This document shows, piece after piece, positions 10,345 to 20,528 of a DNA stretch of 64,000 nt. The notes below the pieces were generated by a model that was not told where the DNA came from, searched no databases, and worked only from the letters and a program-made list of their open reading frames with translations. Within the stretch, counting starts at the first letter, position 1. Every line of letters starts with the position of its first letter. This DNA is from a virus. Its lineage: Duplodnaviria > Caudoviricetes. The position numbers and the translations under genes are program-made. Location: the IMG/VR virus record IMGVR_UViG_3300020577_006243, positions 1-64,000 of that record, one strand, 5' to 3'.

Positions 10345-13113
10345 ATGGCACATAGAATACAAGGAGACTTAAATGTCCAACGTCACATAGACGCGAGAAG
10401 TATATCGCTTATAGCTGACGGTCTTGTTGTCAGCGGTAACGCATTAAGTGTTACTGGCAACTCAGTAATAAATCAAAACGTAACTACTACTGGAACACCA
10501 ACCTTTAGTACTGTTACATTAACAAGTCCAATCACAGCAGACTTACAAGCAGCTACAAAACAATACGTTGATAGCGTAGCGGCTGGATTAGACCCAAAAG
10601 AAAGTGTTTTAGTAGCGACAACTGGAGATATTGGTGGAACATATAACGCACTTATAAACGGCACTGGTGGATTTACTGGTGCACCTACAGTAATTGATGG
10701 TATTACTCTTACTGGTGGAAACAGAGTTCTTGTTAAAAACCAGGCTGACCCTAAACAAAACGGTATTTTCGTTACGTCTGGAGATGTAACGACGTGGTAT
10801 CGTTCTCCAGATATGAATGGAACACCAGCCGCAGAAGTTTCTGCTGGTAACTTTACTTTCGTAGAAAGTGGTGCGATTAACACAGGTCATGGTTATGCTG
10901 TAATCGGAAGCGGTATCTTAACACTTAATACAGATAATATCATTTGGTCATTATTTTCTGATACAGGTGATTTTACAGCATCAAATGGTATTGCAAAAGT
11001 AGTTAGTGATTTCCAATTAGATTTAGGAACATTGAACACACAGTTAACAACTGCATCAACTTCCAATACGATTGCAATTGATGATGGTACTACAAAATAC
11101 ATTACAATTAACAATTTATTAAATTCACTGGATATTGTTAGAGCAACTGGCGCAAATGGTTTTATAACTAAAACTGCTGACGATACATACACAGAAAGAA
11201 CGATCACTGGGACAACAAATTATATTGATGTTACAAACGGTGACGGTTCTGCTGGAAACCCAACGATAACTATTTCACCTACATATAGTGGCCAAACATC
11301 TATAACTACTCTTGGCACTGTAATTACAGGAACTTGGAATGGTTCAATAGTTGGTAATGCTTATGGTGGTACAGGTCTTAACACTTCAAGTGCAACAAAT
11401 GGTCAATTACTAATTGGTAATGGAACTGGTTTCTCATTATCAACATTGACTGCTGGTTCTGGTATTGTTATCACAAACACTGCTGGTGGTATCACAATCA
11501 ATTCAACAAGTGAAGTAACAGCAACTCTAGCAGGTTCAGGTTTAGTTTCTGACGGAACATTAAATGTTGGTGCTGGTTCTGGTATCATTGTAACAGCAGA
11601 CACTGTAAGTGTTGACGCTTCAAATATAAACATAAATAGTTTTGGTGGAACACCACTCTTAGTATCTAGAGGTGGTACTGGTGCAACAACATTAACAAGT
11701 AATGGTGTTCTTTATGGTAATGGAACAAGTGCCATTCAAGCGACATCTGTAAGCACTAAAAATGGTTCAATTTTACACACAGTTAATGCTGGCGGTGCGC
11801 CTTCATTTACATCTAATATTTCATTAGATGATTTTGCAAGAACAATTTCCTTTACAAGTGGTAACGCTCAAATTGCTTCACTTGGAAACGCTTCTAGCTT
11901 TTTAAGAATTATTGCAGATGGTGACGGTCTGTCGTCAACTCCAGAATTAAGACTTTGGACAGCCGACAGTACCAATTCAACAACTGGTAATATAGAATTA
12001 CGAACTGGAACTGCTGTAGGCGCATCGCAGGCTGGAAACATTCTGTTTAAAATAAATGGTTCTAACGAGATTGCAAGAGTTAAAACAAGTGGGTTTAACT
12101 TAACTGCTGGTAACACATACCAAATAAACAATGCATCTGTGTTAAGTGATACAACTCTTGGCTCAACAGTGGTAAGTTCTTCACTCACAAGTGTCGGAAC
12201 ATTAACTACTGGAACGTGGAACGCTTCTGTAATTGGAACGCAATACGGTGGCACAGGTTCTGGTATTCTTCCTTCAACAATTGCTGATGGTGATTTACTA
12301 ATCGGTGATGATGCTGGTAACAGATTTGTAAAAACAACTATTACTGCTGGCTCTGGTATTACTGTTACAAATGGTCCAGGATCAATCACTCTTGCAGTAG
12401 ACTTCTCTGCATCTGTAACTGCTGGTTCTGGTCTTGTTCAAACAGCAAACGTAATTGATGTTGCATCTGCTAATGGTGGTATCGTAGTAAACGCTGATAA
12501 TATTGCTCTTACAACGGATGGCTCAACATTAACGATCACAAGTAACGGTATTAAAGTTGCTACGAATGGTATTACAAGTAATGAAATTGCAGCGAACGCT
12601 GTAACAGAAACACATCTTAATACATCTGTTGCTGGAAATGGTTTAACAGGTGGTGGTGGTTCTGCTCTAGCAGTAGGTGCTGGAACTGGTATTACAGTCG
12701 GAGCAGACACAGTAAGTGTTGACGTAGCGACATTAGCAGGTTCTGGTATCGTTTCAACAGGAAACGTATTTAGTGTAAATCCAGATAACTCAACAATTAA
12801 ACTGGTTGGTGATACAGTTGCTCTAAAAAAATACACAGTTAATATTGATGTATCTGACTGGAATGACACTGGCGAATATGCATTCTACACAATCTCTGGA
12901 ACTGTTCATGGTTATCAAGATTTTGCAACAGTTACAACTTATGCGGCTTATTCTGGTGGCGTTCCAATTATCGTTTGGGGTGATGCTCAGGAATATATTG
13001 AATTCCAAGTTGATAGAATTAGATATGTAGCAAACACAAATGATATTGAATTACGTGTAGTATCTGATGGCGTAACAGATGCAAGATTTGCTGGTAGGAT
13101 TGTAGTTGGTTAA
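10345..13113 (+). CDS. Tail fibre protein
   Basis: 922 aa; AATKQYVDSVAAGLDPKESV motif, GGTG and AGSG/AGTG glycine repeats typical of myophage fibres; AAAGGT SD-like site upstream; terminator downstream. Confidence 0.8.
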   Translation: MAHRIQGDLNVQRHIDARSISLIADGLVVSGNALSVTGNSVINQNVTTTGTPTFSTVTLTSPITADLQAATKQYVDSVAAGLDPKESVLVATTGDIGGTYNALINGTGGFTGAPTVIDGITLTGGNRVLVKNQADPKQNGIFVTSGDVTTWYRSPDMNGTPAAEVSAGNFTFVESGAINTGHGYAVIGSGILTLNTDNIIWSLFSDTGDFTASNGIAKVVSDFQLDLGTLNTQLTTASTSNTIAIDDGTTKYITINNLLNSLDIVRATGANGFITKTADDTYTERTITGTTNYIDVTNGDGSAGNPTITISPTYSGQTSITTLGTVITGTWNGSIVGNAYGGTGLNTSSATNGQLLIGNGTGFSLSTLTAGSGIVITNTAGGITINSTSEVTATLAGSGLVSDGTLNVGAGSGIIVTADTVSVDASNININSFGGTPLLVSRGGTGATTLTSNGVLYGNGTSAIQATSVSTKNGSILHTVNAGGAPSFTSNISLDDFARTISFTSGNAQIASLGNASSFLRIIADGDGLSSTPELRLWTADSTNSTTGNIELRTGTAVGASQAGNILFKINGSNEIARVKTSGFNLTAGNTYQINNASVLSDTTLGSTVVSSSLTSVGTLTTGTWNASVIGTQYGGTGSGILPSTIADGDLLIGDDAGNRFVKTTITAGSGITVTNGPGSITLAVDFSASVTAGSGLVQTANVIDVASANGGIVVNADNIALTTDGSTLTITSNGIKVATNGITSNEIAANAVTETHLNTSVAGNGLTGGGGSALAVGAGTGITVGADTVSVDVATLAGSGIVSTGNVFSVNPDNSTIKLVGDTVALKKYTVNIDVSDWNDTGEYAFYTISGTVHGYQDFATVTTYAAYSGGVPIIVWGDAQEYIEFQVDRIRYVANTNDIELRVVSDGVTDARFAGRIVVG

Positions 13114-13134
13114 TAAACAATCAACCTAAATTTT

Positions 13135-13164
13135 AAAAGGCTCGTAGAAATACGAGCCTTTTTT
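13135..13164 (+). terminator. Rho-independent terminator
   Basis: AAAAGGCTCGTA-GAAA-TACGAGCCTTTTTT, 12-bp stem with GNRA loop and U tract. Confidence 0.92.
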
Positions 13165-13203
13165 ATTGTAAAAAATGGATTAGTAATAAGATAATAATAC
13201 TAA

Positions 13204-14031
13204 ATGAAGACAGTAGGTAATAAACAAGTCCAGGGGCCAGTAGAATTATTAGATCAGTCTACTGTATCACAACCTTCTGATGGTTACGGGCGATTATATA
13301 AAAAGCCAGGAGATTTGGGGCTTTATTGGAAAGCTGATAGTATTGGTGCGGAAGTAAACTTAACAACTGCTGGAACGTCTGCTGAGAGAATATCAATTCC
13401 AGTATCACAAACACTTCATGGGTTTGTCGCAGGAAACGCAGTTTATTTATCAGGTTCATCATTTTTAAAAGCAATTGCAAATGATTTAGAAAGTGTAGCA
13501 GACGGAATAGTTTATGCTGTTGGCGACGTTAATAATTTTACATATGTTCCTGCTGGGTCAATCACTTTAACAGCTTCAGAGTGGAGTGGAGTGGTTGGAA
13601 CTTCTGGAATGACTGTCGGAACTCATTATTTTTTAAGTAGCACTGATGCTGGGAAATATACGACCACAGAACCTGGTATTTCACAAAGACTACTTGTTGC
13701 GAAATCAGCTAATACAGCATTTTTGATAAATGATGTAAGTACTTTAGTAAATAGAAATGTTGTGATTCCAGCAAATTCGTCTGGAAGTATTATGTCTGTG
13801 TATGGAAGTCAGTTGTCTGGTAAATATGAATTGTTTGATAGGAACGACGCTCTTCTTGAGGCAACAATTTTTTATAATGGAACTGACTTAAGAGTTCAAA
13901 GTTTTGATAGTAGAATTACGATTACACCAAACACAAGTGGAACTTTAAATATTTATTTGAGTGGTTTAATATATATACAAAACAAAACGGCTTCTGATCT
14001 TGATTTAACCATTTACAGAAAAGCAATTTAG
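13204..14031 (+). CDS. Virion structural / fibre adaptor protein
   Basis: 275 aa; N-terminal GRLYKKPGDLGLYW module shared with 14079 and 19218; GFVAGNAVY...A.A motif of fibre-associated proteins. Confidence 0.55.
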   Translation: MKTVGNKQVQGPVELLDQSTVSQPSDGYGRLYKKPGDLGLYWKADSIGAEVNLTTAGTSAERISIPVSQTLHGFVAGNAVYLSGSSFLKAIANDLESVADGIVYAVGDVNNFTYVPAGSITLTASEWSGVVGTSGMTVGTHYFLSSTDAGKYTTTEPGISQRLLVAKSANTAFLINDVSTLVNRNVVIPANSSGSIMSVYGSQLSGKYELFDRNDALLEATIFYNGTDLRVQSFDSRITITPNTSGTLNIYLSGLIYIQNKTASDLDLTIYRKAI

Positions 14032-14078
14032 TCAAAATTACCAGCAATTTCCTAAATGGAATAAAGGTAATACCATAA

Positions 14079-14555
14079 ATGGAAGTACGCAGTAATATTA
14101 GTATTGATGGATATATTGAAATTCAAGACAATCCATCTGGTGTTGTTCCTCCTGTAGCCGGTAGTGGTAAACTCTATAAAAAAGTAGGAGACAGTTCCCT
14201 TTTCTGGAGAGGAGACATTTATAGTGAAGAACTTAATGTAACTTCACCGTCAGGTTCTGTATTTGCGTATGTAACAAGAACTGTTTTAACATTAGGTAGC
14301 GGAATTCCACAAAGTCTTGGTGATGTATCTGGTAAATACACATTTTATAAAAGCAATAACCCAAAAATTTATAGCAGTGTTGTCTTCACATCTGGCGACA
14401 CAGATATTTTTATTGACGTTCCTTATTATGACACTTTATTCTCATCAGTAAGTGGAAATATCGGTACGGTAAATATATTCTCAGAAGGCACTAATTTGTA
14501 TATTCAAAACAATTATACGTCAGGTATAATCTTTAATTATTACAGGGAAATATAA
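14079..14555 (+). CDS. Virion structural protein, paralogue of 13204
   Basis: GKLYKKVGDSSLFW N-terminal module; C-terminal NIFSEGTNLYIQN resembles NIYLSGLIYIQN of 13204. Confidence 0.55.
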   Translation: MEVRSNISIDGYIEIQDNPSGVVPPVAGSGKLYKKVGDSSLFWRGDIYSEELNVTSPSGSVFAYVTRTVLTLGSGIPQSLGDVSGKYTFYKSNNPKIYSSVVFTSGDTDIFIDVPYYDTLFSSVSGNIGTVNIFSEGTNLYIQNNYTSGIIFNYYREI

Positions 14556-14557
14556 GA

Positions 14558-17500
14558 ATGGCAATCAACAAGAAAAGAGTAGGTGAATGGTTAATTACAC
14601 AAGAAGAGATTTCTATATCTCAGGATAACCCATATCTTGATCTAACAAGTGATAGACAGGTTTTAAGTGCAACTAATTTTCCTGATCTAGTACCATATCA
14701 TAGAAATCAGAAATATAAATTCGGTGGCGTTTCTCAATCTGACATTATCGACGTAGTTTATTACCCAGGTGAAGCACACCTTATCCTATCTGAAGATGAA
14801 TTCTCTACAAAATTGATTAGAGATATTTATGAAGATCAGCAGTACCATTATACATATGAGGGTGGCAATGCAGATACTTGGAATAGAAGTATAACTCTCA
14901 CAAATGATTTAAAACTCAATGGAACAACAATGGTGCCTGCTGGGGAGTATAAAATCAAGAGAGCAGAATTCACTTCAACATTTCTTGCAACTAATGATAT
15001 TAACGCGGTACATTCCGGAGTTGCGTTACAAATAGAATTTAAAGAAGGTGGAGTTGAAGCGACAGGTACTTTTGATATAGTAAATTCTTCACATAATGCA
15101 AATAGAGTTTATAGAGCACTTAATGCAACAAACTGGGCTACTGTTAATAGCAGTCAAAATCCAGGATACATGGCATGGACGACTAATAATCAAGCGGACA
15201 ATCATCTTGTAGCAGTAAGTTCTCAGGATTATAAATTTGGAACTGGCGACTTTACTATAGATGCAATTGTAAAAGGTTATAATAGTGTCTACGCTGGATC
15301 AAATTGGTTTTTAGAAAAATCAGAACCGGATGAAAGAAGACAAATTCGTAACACATATTCTACATCAACTATGAGAAATTCTCCTATTATATTAGGAGAT
15401 AAATTATACATTGGGTTTACTGATGGCACATTAATTGAATTTGATGCAAATACATTAGCTCGCTTAAGAGGTACAACACTTGCTGGTGGAACAAATGGTG
15501 TTCAGGGAATGGCATATGACGGCACATACATATGGATTGCAGATTATGATAATAATAGAGTTAGGAAAATAGACGTTGACGTTAATCATAATGCTGGTGT
15601 TATGACATCATCTGGTGATATCAGTTCTACAATTTCTAATCCATATGCTTTATTATATCTATCTGGTTTTCTTTATGTAGTTAATTCGTCTGCGAATACT
15701 GTTTCTAGGGTTGATGTATTAAATAATACGGTAAGTGGCACAGCATCTGTCGGAACAACACCGATGGGTATTATATATGACGAAAATAATTTTATATGGG
15801 TGTCAAATTTTGGCACTAACACAGTGTCATATATAGATGTCACTAATTTCACAGCGTCTGGAACGGTTACTGTTGGTTCAGCACCTGCTGGTATGGAATA
15901 TCATAGTGGATACATATATGTTTGTAACTATAACTCAAACACACTTTCAAAAATTGATATTGCAACAAAAACAGTAGTGACCACTTTCAGTGAAAGTTAC
16001 AACCCATTAACAAATCCATATTTTGTGTCAAAAACACCAGAGAATACTTTACTGATAACTGAATACGGAAGAAGTGCAATAAGAGTTTTTGATTTAGAAA
16101 AACAAGTTTTAAGTAGAGTTTTTAGTAACTACTCCACTAATCTATCTAGTTCTTTAATGCCTCCGTTAGTTGTAAGTGGCTCAGCAATATTAACAAATGC
16201 CGGTAACTCTACAATAGCAAAAATGCCTTATTCTACAATGTGGAATACATTTAGTTGGAGAAGATCGGATACTACTCGTCGTGCTGGTTTTGGTACTTAT
16301 TTAAGTGGGAAGGTTTACATACCTGATACAGTAAATAACCAAGTAGTTGTTCTTAATACGAACACAGGATTATTTGAAAATGAAATTAATCTTGGTGGTG
16401 GAAGTACTGGTTCTAGAACAGCAATTAATGTCAGTGGGTTCATATTTGTTGCAACAGATACAAGTATAGTAAAAATCAATCCTGCTACAAGTGGAATAGT
16501 TGGGTATTACTCTGGCGGCGTAAACCATAGAGGTCTTGTTTATGATAATAATGGTTATATTTGGACTAATAATGTTACGAATAGTAGTTTACACAAAGTA
16601 GATGTAAATACATTAAGTGGAACTATTTATTCAAGTGTATTTTCAACATCTGCACATGCCACTGGCAGTATGTGTATATTGAGTGGGTATTTGTTCACAA
16701 TTGATGCTAATAACTATTTGTATCGTCTAAATTTGTCAGACCCAACAATAAACAATGCGAGACTTAATTCTTACTATACTGTTTCTTGTGATGATAATTA
16801 TGTTTATGCAGTTAGGGTGTCAAGTGTAATAGAAAAATTTGATCCATTAATGGATGATTGGGTTAACGCAAGTTGTGTTGATAGGATTTCTCCTTGTCAA
16901 GATATTGGATACATTTTGACAAGAGATACAGTTAATAATACCGGATTTTGGTTGGGGACAAATCAAACAGATAATAATACGTTAATGTATATTGATGGAT
17001 ACGCGCAATGGACATTTCCAATAAGTACTTATACTTCATTTAATATAGGTGGGGAAGGGACATATACTTATGTCATTCCTGGAGATAGTAAACATTCTTA
17101 TGCAGTAAACTGGGGACTTGGTTCAAGTGCAACAGGCATAAACATAATCAGATTAAAATCTGGTCCAAAAACCGATTATGGAATGTTCTTACATTACGAG
17201 GATGTGTCAAGTCCGGTTAGGTATCTGATCGGCTACTATGGAGGCCCAGGAAAAGTATTACTAAATAATAACACAATATTTAATCAAGATACAACGCTAA
17301 ATAGACCTGATGGTGGCGATACCACAACTTATAATTACTTTACTAGAATTTCAAGAAAAAACAGTAAATTAGGTATGTGGCTATGGGGGCAATATGATAA
17401 CACTAATCGTTTTTGGGGTAATTTTTTAAAATTACAGAATTTAATTGATGACACAAAAAATTATAATTCAAATTATGATATTTACATTGGTGGTAATCAA

Positions 17501-18631
17501 CTTACTAATAATGCGACTGGTCCACATTCATTAATGAGATACCTTTCAATAACAAAAGGTAAGGCATTATCATTTGGCCAGAGTGAATATGCAATTGAAC
17601 CAAGAATAGTTATAAATTATTCCAATGCATTGAAAATCAATGGGAATGATACTACTATTATGATTAATGGCAAAGGTGATAGAAGTAAAAATATTGCAAG
17701 AGCATTGAATATATCAACTACTGCATCTCAGACTTATATAAATAAAACTCCTGGTCAAACGAATAGTTCTATAAAAGGAAACAATGGCGACAATCAGTAC
17801 GCACAGTTTGGCGTTGGTAATTTATTAAATTTCGGAACAAGTGATTTTACAATTCAAATGTGGTTCAAAATATACTTTGAGAATACTGGGCATTTAATAG
17901 CGAATAGCGATAATGCTGGAACACTCGCATGGAAATTGAAGTATAATTATAGTGTTCCAAGTGGATATAATAGATATAAAAATACTTTAGAGTGGTCTGG
18001 GCAATCATACACTTTAACAAGTGATGATCTGTATAATAGACTAAGACTTGGAAAATGGAACCACGTTGGTATTTCTAGAAGTGGTACAGTTTTAAATGTT
18101 TATCTTAACGGAGAAAGAGTTATAACTGGGACAGATACAGATAACTACAATTCTGGATTGCCTTATTTATTTGTAGGTAAAGACAGAGCGTCAAGTGGTA
18201 CAGGTGTCGCTGCTTATTATGATGAAGTTAGAATTGATAGTGGCGTTGCGTTGTTTAGTGGTAGCGGACCTATAACTTATCAAACAAGAGGAGAAATAGA
18301 ATTTTATCCAAAAAGAGTTGCAAATCAATCTAACGTGTCAATCCATTATCCGATAAGCGACACGTATCTAGCAATCAACGGCGAGAATTCAGCAACCGGT
18401 TTAAGAAGTAGAGCAAATGTTGGAAGGCACAGAGAGTTGAATTACAGTGGTATAGGCGATGACAGTACGATAATCGCTATGGATGCTGGTGGTACATATG
18501 GTTTTAATACTCAGGGTCGTCCATTAAACCAAGGGAAGACAAATGAATTTTCAAATCCAGCGATTACTATAAATAAGCCTAAAACTACTGGTGTAAAAAT
18601 ATACGAATGGGTAGGAAGGTATAAACCATGA
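14558..18631 (+). CDS. Large receptor-binding fibre: collar-like ends, YVTN/NHL-like beta-propeller and LamG (concanavalin A-like) domains
   Basis: 1357 aa; repeats such as YIWIADYDNNRVRKID, FLYVVNSSANTVSRVD, FIWVSNFGTNTVSYID; LamG motifs FGTSDFTIQMWFK, GKWNHVGISRSG...VYLNG, YYDEVRI. Confidence 0.8.
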   Translation: MAINKKRVGEWLITQEEISISQDNPYLDLTSDRQVLSATNFPDLVPYHRNQKYKFGGVSQSDIIDVVYYPGEAHLILSEDEFSTKLIRDIYEDQQYHYTYEGGNADTWNRSITLTNDLKLNGTTMVPAGEYKIKRAEFTSTFLATNDINAVHSGVALQIEFKEGGVEATGTFDIVNSSHNANRVYRALNATNWATVNSSQNPGYMAWTTNNQADNHLVAVSSQDYKFGTGDFTIDAIVKGYNSVYAGSNWFLEKSEPDERRQIRNTYSTSTMRNSPIILGDKLYIGFTDGTLIEFDANTLARLRGTTLAGGTNGVQGMAYDGTYIWIADYDNNRVRKIDVDVNHNAGVMTSSGDISSTISNPYALLYLSGFLYVVNSSANTVSRVDVLNNTVSGTASVGTTPMGIIYDENNFIWVSNFGTNTVSYIDVTNFTASGTVTVGSAPAGMEYHSGYIYVCNYNSNTLSKIDIATKTVVTTFSESYNPLTNPYFVSKTPENTLLITEYGRSAIRVFDLEKQVLSRVFSNYSTNLSSSLMPPLVVSGSAILTNAGNSTIAKMPYSTMWNTFSWRRSDTTRRAGFGTYLSGKVYIPDTVNNQVVVLNTNTGLFENEINLGGGSTGSRTAINVSGFIFVATDTSIVKINPATSGIVGYYSGGVNHRGLVYDNNGYIWTNNVTNSSLHKVDVNTLSGTIYSSVFSTSAHATGSMCILSGYLFTIDANNYLYRLNLSDPTINNARLNSYYTVSCDDNYVYAVRVSSVIEKFDPLMDDWVNASCVDRISPCQDIGYILTRDTVNNTGFWLGTNQTDNNTLMYIDGYAQWTFPISTYTSFNIGGEGTYTYVIPGDSKHSYAVNWGLGSSATGINIIRLKSGPKTDYGMFLHYEDVSSPVRYLIGYYGGPGKVLLNNNTIFNQDTTLNRPDGGDTTTYNYFTRISRKNSKLGMWLWGQYDNTNRFWGNFLKLQNLIDDTKNYNSNYDIYIGGNQLTNNATGPHSLMRYLSITKGKALSFGQSEYAIEPRIVINYSNALKINGNDTTIMINGKGDRSKNIARALNISTTASQTYINKTPGQTNSSIKGNNGDNQYAQFGVGNLLNFGTSDFTIQMWFKIYFENTGHLIANSDNAGTLAWKLKYNYSVPSGYNRYKNTLEWSGQSYTLTSDDLYNRLRLGKWNHVGISRSGTVLNVYLNGERVITGTDTDNYNSGLPYLFVGKDRASSGTGVAAYYDEVRIDSGVALFSGSGPITYQTRGEIEFYPKRVANQSNVSIHYPISDTYLAINGENSATGLRSRANVGRHRELNYSGIGDDSTIIAMDAGGTYGFNTQGRPLNQGKTNEFSNPAITINKPKTTGVKIYEWVGRYKP

Positions 18632-19194
18632 GCGGCGAATTAATGATTTATATACACGATAATAATCTAAATGTAATGAACATGTTACCAGCATCACTCG
18701 CTGGTAGTGTCAATATTGAGATAGACAGACAAAACTCTAATAATCCATCCGAGAAAAAATATTACATAGTTGCTACAGAATTTCCACCAGAAGGTAAAAA
18801 ATTCGTTGATGGACAGTGGGTTGAAATGTCAATGCAAGAAAAAGTTGATGCTGGTATTTTTTCACTGTCAACTTATAAACAAAATGCTGATTACAGAATA
18901 GAGACAGAGGCAAGAGCTTATATGGATAAAGTAACAACCCCTGCTGGAAAAAGAGTTTCAGTGTATGACTGTTTAATGGTTTTATTTACAATGCATTACA
19001 GTTCCGTTCCAGATAATGATCCTGATAAACAATTAAGAGCAAGTCAAGGTTTATTTGTATCACCTTCATTGATTTCAGGAATGATTGACAAAATAGCTCA
19101 GATAAACGCTGGAGTTTACTATGCAAAACAAGCTATAGCAAATTCTTCTGGGGTTATTCAGATAGATAACATAAAATTTGAGCATTACATTTAA
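18628..19194 (+). CDS. Probable tail fibre assembly chaperone
   Basis: Overlaps fibre stop (ATGA); KKFVDGQWVEMS and terminal QIDNIKF patterns of Tfa-type chaperones. Confidence 0.6.
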   Translation: MSGELMIYIHDNNLNVMNMLPASLAGSVNIEIDRQNSNNPSEKKYYIVATEFPPEGKKFVDGQWVEMSMQEKVDAGIFSLSTYKQNADYRIETEARAYMDKVTTPAGKRVSVYDCLMVLFTMHYSSVPDNDPDKQLRASQGLFVSPSLISGMIDKIAQINAGVYYAKQAIANSSGVIQIDNIKFEHYI

Positions 19195-19217
19195 TCCTCT
19201 TTTAAGTTAATAATACA

Positions 19218-20528
19218 ATGTCTAATGAAGTAAGAGGCGATCAACGAATAGATAGAAATCTAATCGTTGGTGGATTTTTTGAAATTGAAGAAGAGCAGAT
19301 AGTTTCTGCCCCATCTTCTAACAGACTTCGTATTCATAAAAAAACGGGTGACGATAATTTATATCTGATAAGCAGTTCAGGTAGTGTTTTTCCATTAGTG
19401 TCAAATCTATCATCAACTAGTTCAAGTGGTATTTTACTTATATCTAAAGGCGGCACAGGACTTTCAACAACGCCATCAAATGGGCAATTATTGATAGGTA
19501 ACGGAACAGGGTATTCTTTAGCAACTTTAACTGAAGGAACTGGTGTCACAATTGTAAATAGTGCTGGGGCAATCACAATAAGTAGTACAGGCGGCGGTTC
19601 TGGGTCAGGTTCTGCTTATGTAGGTACACCAAAAAGAATTTCTGCTGTTGATTTTGGTAACACTTTTACTGTTATAGGCGACACGACTTCTGGGTCTGCG
19701 ACAGTAAGTAATCTGACATCTACATCTCGTATATTACCTGGCATGACAATAAGCGGCACTGGGATAGTTTCTGGTACAACTATATCATCAATAACATCGT
19801 CTACTGCTATAGTGCTTAGTCAATCTGCAAGTAGCACAGCATCTTCAACTACATTTACTTTCAATGCGGCAGTTGACACTTCAATAAAACTTTATATAAC
19901 GCCAACATCAACGTATAATCAAGCTAGTAGGCTTACCGTTTCAAATAGAAATGCGAATTCTGCTTATGTATCAATAGGGCATGGTGGTACATCTGTTTCA
20001 AATTACATTGTGTATAATATGCTTACTTTACCAAATGAAACGAAGCAACTTACTTTACCAGGGTTACAACCAGCAGATACTTTAGAAGTAATGTCTGATA
20101 CAAGTGATGTAAATTTTATTTTTACTGGACTAGAAGGAACGACTTCAATACCACAAAAAAAATTAGCAAGTCTATACATAGACGGTTCTACATATTTAGT
20201 TAATACAAATTATGTGATGTATATATCATCTGGAGCAATTTCTACAAATCTTATAGTATGTAACGAATCAAGTTCTTCATCAAGTAATGTTAGAATTGCA
20301 ATTATAAACGGAAATTCAGTTACAGTTGGAAGTGGAATTGTTGAAGGCAACAATTCATTTTATAAAAGTGATTATATTATTTTTGATGATACACTATTAC
20401 AAAACGAAACAAAGATATATGAAGGAGAGAATTCTCTTGTTGGATTCGTGGATATGTCTACGAATCAAAGTGTAGTTGTTAGGGCAAGTAGCGTTGGAAC
20501 TAACTTCATTCTCTGGAGAGCACAATAA
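19218..20528 (+). CDS. Tail fibre / adaptor protein
   Basis: 436 aa; shares N-terminal HKKTGDDNLY module with 13204/14079 and GGTG...NGQLLIGNGTG repeat with 10345. Confidence 0.65.
   Translation: MSNEVRGDQRIDRNLIVGGFFEIEEEQIVSAPSSNRLRIHKKTGDDNLYLISSSGSVFPLVSNLSSTSSSGILLISKGGTGLSTTPSNGQLLIGNGTGYSLATLTEGTGVTIVNSAGAITISSTGGGSGSGSAYVGTPKRISAVDFGNTFTVIGDTTSGSATVSNLTSTSRILPGMTISGTGIVSGTTISSITSSTAIVLSQSASSTASSTTFTFNAAVDTSIKLYITPTSTYNQASRLTVSNRNANSAYVSIGHGGTSVSNYIVYNMLTLPNETKQLTLPGLQPADTLEVMSDTSDVNFIFTGLEGTTSIPQKKLASLYIDGSTYLVNTNYVMYISSGAISTNLIVCNESSSSSSNVRIAIINGNSVTVGSGIVEGNNSFYKSDYIIFDDTLLQNETKIYEGENSLVGFVDMSTNQSVVVRASSVGTNFILWRAQ

Noticed and set aside
10473-13030. Multiple 60-170 aa antisense ORFs in the fibre genes
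   Set aside because: Expected shadows of Gly/Thr/Ser-rich genes with T-ending codons; no promoters or family motifs.
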